DNA of 64,000 nucleotides from Bacteroidales bacterium (GTDB taxonomy: Bacteria; Bacteroidota; Bacteroidia; Bacteroidales; UBA932): contig JAFROJ010000074.1 of assembly GCA_017429765.1 (NCBI GenBank), positions 6,649-70,648 of the forward strand, in the 5' to 3' direction. Each line of letters opens with the position of its first letter. Within the stretch, counting starts at the first letter, position 1. Under the pieces are notes generated by a model, which saw only the letters and a list, made by a program, of their open reading frames with translations, did not search any database and was not told the origin of the DNA. Position numbers and translations under genes: made by a program. Shown one piece after another: positions 16,730 through 28,153 of this stretch.

Positions 16730-17755
16730 CTAATTAGCCATCAATTGCGGCAGGAAGGTACTGAACACGAGCACGACAAGTCCTATCACAAGCACGGCGA
16801 CAGTCTTCTTGGACACGCCCTTCCACTCCTTGAGGATGATACCCCAGACATTGGAGAAGGTGACGTTGAGAGCCATGAGGATGCACCAGCTGAAGGTGAT
16901 GAGGACAGGGTAGTTCGTGAGGAAGCCTTTGCCGAGGCTGAGGCCGAAGAACTGGCTGTACCAGAGCAGACCGGCCAGGGCGCAGAACAAAAGGTTGTTC
17001 GCCCAGAGATTGCCCTTGCGGTAGTCGCCCCAGGTCTTGTTCTTGCTGTTCTGGAAGAAGCAGTAGGCCGCATTGGTCAGGAAACCTCCGAAGGTGACAA
17101 GCATGGTGGCGGGCAGGGTCTGGAAGATGGGCTTGGTGCCGGGCAGGAACAGGTCCTGGCCGAAATTCAAGCCGATGTTGAAGCAGGCGCTCATGAAACC
17201 GGCGAGAAGGGCGACGGCTATTCCCTTACCGAAGTTGAAATCCTTGACAGCCTTCTTTTTCTCCTCCTCGGGCAGGGCGGCGGATTTCATCGCGCCGGCC
17301 ACACCGATGATGGCGATACCGATGATGGTGACGACGACTCCGACTATGACGGCGGTGGTGAGGTCACTGGCGTGTCCCGTGAAGACCGGGCCGAGGATGG
17401 CTCCGAGACCGGAGCAGGTGCCGAGCGCTATTGACTGGCCGAGGGCCACTCCGAGGTAACGCATTGATAGTCCGAAGGTAAGGCCTCCGATGCCCCAGAG
17501 CACGCCGAACAGGACTGTCAGCCAGGCGTCCTTGGGATGAGAGCTGATCAGGGACAGCAGATCCCCGAATGAACCGCCTGTCCCTGAGACAGAGAGTATC
17601 GAGCCGATGATCGGGAACACGAGCCAGGCGAAAACACCCTGGACGATCCAGAAACTCTCCCAACTCCAATCCTTGATCTTGTTGATCGGGACATAACTGG
17701 ATGACTGGCAGAAAGCGCCGACGGCGATGATAAGAAGTCCGATTACAAGTAACAT
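16730..17755 (-). CDS. rhaT: L-rhamnose/proton symporter RhaT family
   Basis: About 10 TM helices; WSWESFW, LWGIGGLTFGLSMRYLGVALG and WGIILKEWKG motifs. Confidence 0.92.
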   Translation of the reverse strand: MLLVIGLLIIAVGAFCQSSSYVPINKIKDWSWESFWIVQGVFAWLVFPIIGSILSVSGTGGSFGDLLSLISSHPKDAWLTVLFGVLWGIGGLTFGLSMRYLGVALGQSIALGTCSGLGAILGPVFTGHASDLTTAVIVGVVVTIIGIAIIGVAGAMKSAALPEEEKKKAVKDFNFGKGIAVALLAGFMSACFNIGLNFGQDLFLPGTKPIFQTLPATMLVTFGGFLTNAAYCFFQNSKNKTWGDYRKGNLWANNLLFCALAGLLWYSQFFGLSLGKGFLTNYPVLITFSWCILMALNVTFSNVWGIILKEWKGVSKKTVAVLVIGLVVLVFSTFLPQLMAN

Positions 17756-17831
17756 TTCGCGATGTGGTTTAAAAACATCCGCTATATTAGCGAAAATTCA
17801 CGAGAAATAAAAGACCCGCCCTGATGGAAAT

Positions 17832-17866
17832 AAAAAGAGCCGGGGATCGAATGATCTCCGGCTCTT
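17832..17866 (-). terminator. Intrinsic terminator downstream of the tRNA
   Basis: 14-bp stem 17835-17848 / 17853-17866 with a U-tract on the minus strand. Confidence 0.8.
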
Positions 17867-17895
17867 GTCTCATTGGCGCCTTTCGGCACCTTAAG

Positions 17896-17967
17896 TACTG
17901 GGTAGGAGAATCGAACTCCTATTGCAAGATTGAGAATCTTGAGTACTAACCGTTATACGAACCCAGC
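17896..17967 (-). tRNA. tRNA-Glu (anticodon CTC)
   Basis: Cloverleaf: GCTGGGT/ACCCAGT acceptor, CAAGA-TTCTCAA-TCTTG anticodon arm, AGGAG-TTCGATT-CTCCT T arm. CCA is not encoded. Confidence 0.95.
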
Positions 17968-17981
17968 GTTGTTCGGGACTG

Positions 17982-17989
17982 CAAATATA
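17982..17989 (-). promoter_or_regulatory. -7 box for the tRNA gene
   Basis: TATATTTG on the minus strand, 14 nt upstream of the tRNA. Confidence 0.75.
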
Positions 17990-18010
17990 TATAAAAAACT
18001 CAATGTTCCA

Positions 18011-18040
18011 AAAAAAAGTCGCGCACAGGCGCGACTTTTT
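18011..18040. terminator. Bidirectional-type terminator after rpmE
   Basis: A7-GTCGCGC-ACAG-GCGCGAC-T5. Confidence 0.8.
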
Positions 18041-18058
18041 CTTTCCGATCCGCGAAGA

Positions 18059-18310
18059 CTATCTCTTGCGGTCCTTGTATCTCTGGTAGAATTTGTCGAC
18101 GCGACCGGCGGTGTCAACGAGCTTGACCTTGCCAGTGTAGAAAGGATGAGAGGTGTTGGAGATCTCAACCTTCACAACCGGGTACTCGACGCCGTCCACC
18201 ATCAGAGTCTCTTTGGTCTCCGCGCAGGAACGGGTGATGAACACGGTTTCGTTTGACATATCCTTGAAAGCTACAAGGCGGTAGGTTTCGGGATGAAGTC
18301 CTTTTTTCAT
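18059..18310 (-). CDS. rpmE2: 50S ribosomal protein L31 type B
   Basis: MKKGLHP..YR.V.F.D, ISNTSHPFYTGK and DTAGRVDKF motifs; ATG at 18310. Confidence 0.96.
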   Translation of the reverse strand: MKKGLHPETYRLVAFKDMSNETVFITRSCAETKETLMVDGVEYPVVKVEISNTSHPFYTGKVKLVDTAGRVDKFYQRYKDRKR

Positions 18311-18355
18311 TGCTTTACGATCTAAATTGTACAATCTTTCGCTGTAAAAAGCCTG

Positions 18356-18363
18356 CAAAGATA
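18356..18363 (-). promoter_or_regulatory. -7 box for rpmE
   Basis: TATCTTTG on the minus strand. Confidence 0.7.
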
Positions 18364-18402
18364 ACCCTTTTCTCCGAATAATCAAGCGTTCACGTCATTT
18401 TT

Positions 18403-19467
18403 TCACTTGATCCGGTAGGGCTGGTCGTCGTAGAGAGAGTAGCGCTTCGCCTTCCGGATCCATTTCTGCTCCTCCAACTTGACATGCTCCCTGGCCTCCT
18501 GGAATCCTGTCTTCCCCTTGATGTAGCCGAGCAGAACCGGGTCGGCGAGTTTTTCCTCGAATCCGGGGAGGAGCTCAAACTGCGGGTATCTTTCAAGGAA
18601 GTACCTGATTAACTGGACAGTATGCAGCAGCGAGTGGTACTCGGCGCCTGGCTGGAGCATGATCTGATAGCCCTGGCAGCGCTGCCCCTGATGCCTTCCG
18701 GCGGCCGGGGTGAAGGTGCAAGGCCTCATCAGCGTGCCCTGGGGGGCGGGGATGATGTCAACCTGGCTGTGCTTTATGAAGGGGGCCCCGAAATATTCAT
18801 ACGGACGGGCGGTGCCTATGGCGGGAGTGATGGTCGTGTTGTTCCAGAGTCCTCCCCCGGGATACATCTGGCAGGTGAACATCCCGGGAATATCCGAGGC
18901 GGGGGCTATCGTCCAAGGCAACAGCTGCCTTGTCGCGTCGCTGGCCAGGGCGGAGATCACGTGCAGGGGGAAACCGGCCCCTATCTCATTGTAGTACAGG
19001 GCGCAAAGCTCCCCGAGGGTGAGCCCGTGACGGTGCGCCACCTTGGGGGTGTGCGGCTCGACCGCTCCCGAAGGCATCGAACCTTCCACGATCCTTCCCG
19101 CGGGGTTGATGTGATCGACCACGTAGAGGGAAGGGGAGTCCTCCATCCTCGTCATGATCTCCATGAGGCGGAAAACGTCTTTGGTGTAGTTGAAATACCT
19201 CGCTCCGGCGTCCTGGATCTCGACCACGACGGCGTCCAGCCTCTCCAGGTCGGAGGGCTCGAACGCGATGTGGTTGGTGCCTGGGGTGAGCTCGGTGTCC
19301 CTCGGTGTGAGGAGAACCGCCAGGTTGCCCCTGTCCCTGAACATGTCGTGCAGGTAGCGCCCCCGGGCGGTGTCCCAGCAGTTCTGGGTGCAGAAACACC
19401 CGACCCTGCCTCCGAGCAACGCCTTGTCCAGCTGGTCCTCCAGCGCCGTGGTCCTGAAAGAGAACAT
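18403..19467 (-). CDS. Divergent DUF1343 / NamZ-like (exo-beta-N-acetylmuramidase fold) protein
   Basis: EIQDAGARYFNY, DHINP, HRHGLTLGEL, YPG and GTARPYEYFGAP resemble DUF1343. PEHG and EGT motifs are absent; no signal peptide. Confidence 0.75.
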   Translation of the reverse strand: MFSFRTTALEDQLDKALLGGRVGCFCTQNCWDTARGRYLHDMFRDRGNLAVLLTPRDTELTPGTNHIAFEPSDLERLDAVVVEIQDAGARYFNYTKDVFRLMEIMTRMEDSPSLYVVDHINPAGRIVEGSMPSGAVEPHTPKVAHRHGLTLGELCALYYNEIGAGFPLHVISALASDATRQLLPWTIAPASDIPGMFTCQMYPGGGLWNNTTITPAIGTARPYEYFGAPFIKHSQVDIIPAPQGTLMRPCTFTPAAGRHQGQRCQGYQIMLQPGAEYHSLLHTVQLIRYFLERYPQFELLPGFEEKLADPVLLGYIKGKTGFQEAREHVKLEEQKWIRKAKRYSLYDDQPYRIK

Positions 19468-19468
19468 C

Positions 19469-20916
19469 CTACATCAAACTTTTGGCTATTCCTATCACCT
19501 CCGCGGCCAGGGCCTCGGCGGCCTCGAGTGTTGGGGCCTCGGAATAGATCCTGATGATCGGCTCCGTGTTGGAGCGACGGAGGTGAACCCACTCGCGCCT
19601 GTCCTCGAAACTGATCTTGACCCCGTCCTCGAGGTTGATCTCCTCTGAGGCGTAGACTTCTTTCAGCTTATTCAGGATCTTGTCTGTCAGGCTCTTGTCG
19701 GAAAGCTCTATCTTGTTTTTGGCGATGTGGTACTCGGGATAGGTCTTCCTGAGCTCGCTGGCTTTCATTCTCTTCCTGGCGAGGTTGGAGAGGAACAGGG
19801 CGACGCCGACCATGGCGTCGCGGCCATAATGGAGGGCGGGGTAGATGACTCCTCCGTTGCCCTCGCCTCCGATCAGGGCGTTGGTAGCCCGCATCAGCGT
19901 GGTGACATTCACCTCACCGACAGCGGAGGCCTTGTAGCTTCCTCCGAAACTCTCTGTCACGTCCCGCAGGGCCCTGCTGCTGGAAAGGTTGGAGCAGGAG
20001 ACGGGAGCGTAGGGACAGGTCACCTCCTCGAGGCTGATGTCCTGGGCCTCGGCTATCCTCGCGGCCCTCTCGAAAAGATACGAGGCCACGCTGACGATTG
20101 TGTATTCCTCGCCGAAAGGCTCCCCGTCCTCCTGGATGAAGGCGAGACGGTCCACGTCGGGATCGACGGATATTCCCAGATCTGCCTTCTCCTGGACAAC
20201 AGCGGCGCTCAGGCTGGTCAGGTTGGCCGGAAGTGGCTCCGGGTTGTGGGCGAAGTCACCTGTCGGGGCGCAATTCAGGCGGACGCATTCAACCCCGAGC
20301 CTCTCGAGGAGTCTTGGCATTATTATGCCTCCGACCGAGTTGACCGCGTCAAGAACCACCTTGAAACCGGCCTCCGTGATGGACTCCACATCCACATCCG
20401 GCAGGGCCAGGACGGCGTCCAGATGCTCGTCGGTGTAGTCATGCTCGGTGACATGGCCGAGATCCTCGACCCCGGCGAACTCGAAGTCTCCCTTCCCGGC
20501 GACTTCCAGGATGGCCTCCCCCTCCTTGGCGGTGAGGAACTCGCCACGCTCGTTGAGCAGTTTCATGGCGTTCCAGTGGCGGGGATTGTGTGAGGCGGTC
20601 AGGATTATTCCACCGTCCGCGCCGGCGAAGGTGACGGCCATCTCGGTGGTCGGTGTCGACGCAAGCCCGATCTTGACCACATCGATCCCGCAGGCGACCA
20701 GAGTGCCGGTCACAAGGCTCTCCACCATTGGGCCGGAGAGCCTGGCGTCCCTTCCCACCACGACCTTGTACCTTTCCCCGTAAGGTTTCGGCTTCCTTTG
20801 GGGCAGGGTGGCGCTGTAGGCGTAGGTGAAGCTCACTATATCAACAGGAGAAAGCCCTTCACCGGGCTTTCCTCCTATGGTTCCCCGGATGCCGGAGATG
20901 GATTTGATCAGGCTCA

Positions 20917-20917
<1 letters not shown>
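19469..20917 (-). CDS. glmM: Phosphoglucosamine mutase (Bacteroidota type)
   Basis: MSLIKSISGIRGT, TASHNP phosphoserine motif, DPDVDR, GGEGNGG. Confidence 0.9.
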
Positions 20918-23186
<2,269 letters not shown>

Positions 23187-23194
<8 letters not shown>

Positions 23195-23807
23195 CGCCCT
23201 GCTCCTCCTCCATCGCTTCCTCCGCCGCGTGACGGCCCTTGACTATCTTGGACGAGGCCTTGCTGAGGTTCTCCTCGTCTTCCATGTATCTCTTGATCTT
23301 GCGGATGGCCTCCTGGTAGCCGGGGATCTGGACTTTCTCGTAGAGGTTGACCTTCTGGGTGGTCTTCTTTCTCTGGTAGTCGAGGATCCGCCTCTTCTCC
23401 ATGTAGACCTCGGACTCTATCCCGAGCCGTGACAGCTCTTTGAGAATAGCCACCCCGTCCATGTACCACGCCGGCTTGACGAAAGTGTTGAAGGGGCGGA
23501 TCTCGTAGGTTATCTCCCCGAGCTCCGGGCATTTGACACCGGCCACCTTGACAGTCTTAAGCTCTACATCCGTGATGGTCACAAGATCGCGCTCGAACTC
23601 GTTCCACAGAGGCGCGAGATAGTCATATCTTTTCTCCGCCTCGTCAAGTTCCCTGATCAGGCTCTCGCTCTTCTCCTTTGCCTTCCGCACCTCAAGCCGA
23701 AGCGCGCTCTCCTTGTTCTGCAACGTCGGGAGAGCTTTCAGGCGCGTCTTGAGCTGCTTCTGCAGGTTGTTCAGCGCTGTCTTGTTGTATTGAAACTTGA
23801 TAGCCAT
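23187..23807 (-). CDS. ntpD: V-type ATPase subunit D
   Basis: LKALPTLQNKESALR and KTTQKVNLYEKVQIP motifs. Confidence 0.95.
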
Positions 23808-23809
23808 TA

Positions 23810-25132
23810 TCAGCGGCCTTTCCAGTATTTGTCGATCAGTGACTGCTTTATTCCTGTCTCCGCCTTGGTGAAATACTTCCCGAAGAGTTCCCAGGCCGTG
23901 TCGAGCATCTCGTTGATGGATATGTTGACGTCGATCGAGAGAAGCCTCGTGGCGTATTCCTTGGCGTATTGGAGACAGCGGTGGTCGTAGTCCGAGAGGT
24001 CGAAACCGTTCTCCAGCTTTGTCTTGGCGTTCTGGGCGTCGGCGTACAGCCTGACGCCGGCGTTCATCACCTGGCTGTGATCCTCACGGGTCTTTATGTT
24101 CTGGACCCTCTGCTTGAGCCTGGAGAGGGAGCGGAAAGGATCGATGATGACTTTGCCCGAGTCTGAGTCGGTGCGGAGGAACAACTGTCCCTCAGTGATG
24201 TACCCGGTGTTGTCCGGGATCGCGTGGGTGATGTCCCCGTCGTTCAGGGTGGTGACGGCTATGATGGTGATGGAACCGTCCGTCGGCAGCTGAACGGCCT
24301 TCTCGTAGATCTTCGCGAGATCAGAGTACAGGGAGCCGGGCATGGAGTCTTTCGAGGGGATCTGGTCCATCCTGTTCGACACGATCGACAGGGCGTCGGC
24401 GTAGAGGGTCATGTCCGTCAGGAGAACCAGCACTTTCTCGTTCTTGTCGACGGCGAAATACTCCGCGGCCGTCAGGGCCATGTCCGGGACAAGCAGGCGC
24501 TCCACGGGCGGGTCCTCAGTCGTGTTGACGAAGCAGATGATCCTGTCAATGGCGCCGGCGTCCTCGAACGCGTGGCGGAAGAACAGGTAATCGTCGTTGG
24601 AGAGGCCCATCCCACCGAGGATGATCTTGTCCACGTCCGCTCTCAGGGCGACATCCGCCATGACCTGGTTGTAGGGCTGGTCCGGATCCGCGAAGAAGGG
24701 GATCTTCTGGCCGGAGACTATCGTGTTGTTGAGGTCGATGCCCGCTATTCCGGTGGGGATCAGCTCTGAGGGCTGACGCCTCTTATAGGGATTGACGGAA
24801 GGCCCACCGATCTCCCTGACCTCTCCCTCAACCTCCGGGCCGCCGTCGATGGGATGACCGTAGGCGTTGAAGAAACGTCCGGAAAGCTGGTCCGATACTT
24901 TCAGGACAGGCGGTTGGCCGAGGAAGGTTATCTCGGCGTTGGTGGGGATGCCTTCGGTCCCGGAGAACACCTGGAGGGTCACCAGGTCACCCCTCGTCTT
25001 GACGACCTGGGCGAGACGCCCGCCCACCACAGCCAGCTCATCGTTGGCGACCCCCTTAGCCTTGAGGGAGACAGTCGCCTTGGTGATGGCTTCCAGCCTG
25101 GTGTAGATTCTTTGGTATGCTTTAGTTGCCAT
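23810..25132 (-). CDS. ntpB: V-type ATPase subunit B
   Basis: TGIAGID...GQKIPFF, PGSLYSDLA.IYEKA and PDNTGYITEGQ motifs. Confidence 0.96.
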   Translation of the reverse strand: MATKAYQRIYTRLEAITKATVSLKAKGVANDELAVVGGRLAQVVKTRGDLVTLQVFSGTEGIPTNAEITFLGQPPVLKVSDQLSGRFFNAYGHPIDGGPEVEGEVREIGGPSVNPYKRRQPSELIPTGIAGIDLNNTIVSGQKIPFFADPDQPYNQVMADVALRADVDKIILGGMGLSNDDYLFFRHAFEDAGAIDRIICFVNTTEDPPVERLLVPDMALTAAEYFAVDKNEKVLVLLTDMTLYADALSIVSNRMDQIPSKDSMPGSLYSDLAKIYEKAVQLPTDGSITIIAVTTLNDGDITHAIPDNTGYITEGQLFLRTDSDSGKVIIDPFRSLSRLKQRVQNIKTREDHSQVMNAGVRLYADAQNAKTKLENGFDLSDYDHRCLQYAKEYATRLLSIDVNISINEMLDTAWELFGKYFTKAETGIKQSLIDKYWKGR

Positions 25133-26876
25133 ATTCACGAGCCAGTTTACGGGTCTTGGCCGCGTATTCCTCGAACGCCTTGCCGTGGAACTTGGAATAG
25201 TTCATCTGGCGAAGGTCGTTGATCAACTCCTTGAAGAAGTCGCGGCATTTCTCAAAGTCATCGAATTGGTATTCCATGTCGCAGAGCTCCAGGGTCAGGT
25301 CGAGCATGTACTTCTGGCGCTCGATGGGACAGAGGGCGTCGACGCTGTCGAAAGCGTCTTGCTGGAGGAAGGCGAAGTCGATCAGCTCCGACTTCCAGAA
25401 ACTGACATGGTAGCTGATAGGCACCCCGTCGTCACCGAGGATGTTGATCTGCTCGTAGGCCTCCCGCCCGCGGCGGAGAGTGTTCTTGGCCTTCAGGACG
25501 TCAGCCACCCAGCCGTGTTTGACATTCTCGTCGAGCCAGGAGATGATCTCGGGGTATTCAAGGTATTTGGAATAGGACTCGATAGGGTTGACGGCAGGGT
25601 ACCTCTTCTGGTCGGCGCGGTTCTGCTCGAGACCGTAGAAGCATCTCGCCGCCTTCTTGGTGGATTCGGTGACAGGCTCCTTGAGGTTTCCTCCGGCGGG
25701 GGAGACGGTCCCGATGAAGGTGACCGCCCCGGTCTGGCCGTTGTTCAGCACGACCATCCCGGCCCTTGAATAGAAATTCGAGATGATGGCTGACAGGTCT
25801 ACGGGGAAGGCGTCGGCTCCGGGGAGTTCCTCCATCCTGTTGGACATCTCCCTGAGGGCCTGCGCCCAGCGGGAGGTCGAGTCGGCCAGCAGGAGGCACT
25901 TCAGCCCCATGGCCCTGTAGTATTCACAGATGGTCATGGCGGTGTAGACGGAAGCCTCGCGGGCGGCCACGGGCATGTTGGAGGTGTTGCAGATGATGGT
26001 AGTCCTTTCCATGAGCCGCCTGCCGGTGTGGGGATCGATCAGCTCGGGGAACTCCGTGAATATCTCCACGACCTCGTTGGCCCTCTCTCCGCAGGCGGCC
26101 ATCACGATGACATCGGCCTCGCCTTGCTTGGCGATAGCGTGCTGGAGGACGGTCTTCCCGCAACCGAAAGGCCCGGGGATGAAACCTGTGCCTCCCTCGG
26201 CGATGGGATTGAAACTGTCGATGCACCTCACGCCCGTCTCCATGATCTTCCTGGGCCTGGGTTTCTCCCTATAATTCTTGATGGCCACCTTCACAGGCCA
26301 TTTCTGGGTCATGGTGATGTATCTCGACTCTCCGGCCTCGTCCGTGAGGGTGGCGATGATCATGTCGATGTTGTAGTTGCCGGCGGGGATGATCTTCTTG
26401 ACCTTGAACTCTCCCTTGAAGGAGAAGGGGACCATGATCTTGTGGGGCAGCCAGCCTTCTTTCACCTCGCCCAGCCAGTCACCGGCGACGACGGTGTCGC
26501 CGGGAAAGACTATCGGGATGAATTCCCATGTCTTCTCGTGGTCGAGGGGGTCGGTGTACTCTCCTCTCTTGAGGAAGACCGACTCCATGGTGCTGAGGTT
26601 GTTCTGCAGGCCGTCATACACGCTCGAGAGCAGTCCGGGGCCGAGGGTGACCTCAAGCATCCTGCCCAGGAACTCGACCGGATCCCCGTTCTTGAGTCCC
26701 CTGGTGCTCTCGAACACCTGGACCGAGGCCTTGTCGCCATTGACCTTGATGACCTCCGCCAGAAGGGGGGTGCCATCCACGGTTATATGGCACAACTCGT
26801 TCTCGGCCACCGGGCCATCCACCTGGACCGTGACAAGGTTAGAGACTATGCCTGTAACTTTTCCTGTTGTCTTCAT
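25122..26876 (-). CDS. ntpA: V-type ATPase subunit A
   Basis: Walker A GPFGCGKT, CGERANE and DSTSRWAQALRE motifs. True start is ATG 26876; the ORF-track extension is spurious. Confidence 0.96.
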   Translation of the reverse strand: MKTTGKVTGIVSNLVTVQVDGPVAENELCHITVDGTPLLAEVIKVNGDKASVQVFESTRGLKNGDPVEFLGRMLEVTLGPGLLSSVYDGLQNNLSTMESVFLKRGEYTDPLDHEKTWEFIPIVFPGDTVVAGDWLGEVKEGWLPHKIMVPFSFKGEFKVKKIIPAGNYNIDMIIATLTDEAGESRYITMTQKWPVKVAIKNYREKPRPRKIMETGVRCIDSFNPIAEGGTGFIPGPFGCGKTVLQHAIAKQGEADVIVMAACGERANEVVEIFTEFPELIDPHTGRRLMERTTIICNTSNMPVAAREASVYTAMTICEYYRAMGLKCLLLADSTSRWAQALREMSNRMEELPGADAFPVDLSAIISNFYSRAGMVVLNNGQTGAVTFIGTVSPAGGNLKEPVTESTKKAARCFYGLEQNRADQKRYPAVNPIESYSKYLEYPEIISWLDENVKHGWVADVLKAKNTLRRGREAYEQINILGDDGVPISYHVSFWKSELIDFAFLQQDAFDSVDALCPIERQKYMLDLTLELCDMEYQFDDFEKCRDFFKELINDLRQMNYSKFHGKAFEEYAAKTRKLAREYGN

Positions 26877-26890
26877 ATAGTGATTCTCGT

Positions 26891-27499
26891 TTATTCGTTT
26901 GACGGTGCGTTGTAGTTGACGCCTCCGTAGGATCCCCTTGTCTCGGAGAGCAGTGTGTCGAACATGTCCCGGCCGGCCTCCTCGTCGAGCGAGCGCCACC
27001 TGTCGACCAACAGCATCTTGGCCACAAGGCCAAGTATCGCGTCCATGTCGAAATAGCTGAATGTCGTCAGCGAGCTGATCTTCTCCCACCTGATGGAGTC
27101 CAGGCCTCTCTCCCGGGCCAGGATGTCCGTCATGGACAGAGTCTCCGCGACCTTGCCCTCCTCCTCGAACTCCCCGGCGTCGATGTCGATCGTGTCCGCC
27201 GCCTCAGGCCTTCCGAAGGCCTTGTTGACGAACCTGGCCTTGGCGTTGCGGAACTTGAGGTCGAAGGTGAAATATTCCCGGACAAAACGGTTGGGGCTTT
27301 TGAGGGCGGCCTCATAGAACTCCCTGTCGAGACTCTCCTCGCCGAACCCCTCGACCACAGTGTCGACGGTTTTGGAGTCCCTCGGGGAAAGCTGGGACTT
27401 TATCCACGAGAGATAGCCGTCAAGTGTCCTTCCCTCCCCGAATCTCCAGTCAGGGGAGAGGGAGGGAACGCTGGCGATTATGTACTCGTAATTGGCCAT
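26891..27499 (-). CDS. V-type ATPase subunit C-like (DUF2764)
   Basis: Sits between subunits E and A; YEYIIASVP and ERGLDSIRWE motifs. Confidence 0.85.
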   Translation of the reverse strand: MANYEYIIASVPSLSPDWRFGEGRTLDGYLSWIKSQLSPRDSKTVDTVVEGFGEESLDREFYEAALKSPNRFVREYFTFDLKFRNAKARFVNKAFGRPEAADTIDIDAGEFEEEGKVAETLSMTDILARERGLDSIRWEKISSLTTFSYFDMDAILGLVAKMLLVDRWRSLDEEAGRDMFDTLLSETRGSYGGVNYNAPSNE

Positions 27500-28107
27500 C
27501 ACTCCCCGAAGAGCATCTTACGTGTCACAGGCCTCATGTACTCCCCGATCAGGTTCTCGAAAGCCTCGGCGGTGAGGTCTATGAAATATGACCCGTCCTT
27601 GGGGCCGATCGTGAAACCTCCCTTGACTCTGCCCGAGTACGTCGCGGTGATCTTGGAGGACAGGATACTCGCCAGCTCCCCGCTGACGAAAGGCTCCAAC
27701 TCGGCCTTGAGGCTCTCGGGAAGGACAAGCTCAAGATCCACGCTCTCCTGCGAGTTGAATCTCTCCGCGACGGCGGTGATGATCTCCTTGACAAAGTCCA
27801 CCGATGACAGGACGGAAGCGGACTTCCCTCCTATAATCCCCTTGAGCATAAGGTTCTCGATGTCCGTCTTGGTGGCCTGGACGCTCTGAGTCGCGGCCAT
27901 CTTGACATCGCCCTCCACCTTGACCCTGAAGTCCCTGGCGTCGTTCTCGGCCTTCCTGACGATCTCCTTGGCCTTCTTCTGGGCCTCCTCGATGATCATG
28001 GTCGCTTTCGCCTCTGCCTTGGCGATGATGGCCTCTCCCTCTTCCTTGCCTTTGGACAGGCCCTCTTTATAAAGTTTGTCCGTGAGTTCCTGGAGTTTAT
28101 TTTCCAT
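27499..28107 (-). CDS. ntpE: V-type ATPase subunit E
   Basis: MENKLQELTDKLYKEGLSKG coiled coil; first gene of the operon. Confidence 0.92.
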   Translation of the reverse strand: MENKLQELTDKLYKEGLSKGKEEGEAIIAKAEAKATMIIEEAQKKAKEIVRKAENDARDFRVKVEGDVKMAATQSVQATKTDIENLMLKGIIGGKSASVLSSVDFVKEIITAVAERFNSQESVDLELVLPESLKAELEPFVSGELASILSSKITATYSGRVKGGFTIGPKDGSYFIDLTAEAFENLIGEYMRPVTRKMLFGE

Positions 28108-28153
28108 ATGACATGATGTGTTAGTCCTGTTATTCACATTGATTTCACGTTAG

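Noticed and set aside
12710-17967. tRNA-anchored genomic island carrying the radical SAM cassette
   Set aside because: No integrase and no duplicated tRNA 3' end seen by eye; a normal terminator follows the tRNA.
26877-27089. 71-aa N-terminal extension of V-ATPase A in the ORF track
   Set aside because: Overlaps subunit C in another frame; the homologous start is MKTTGKV at 26876.
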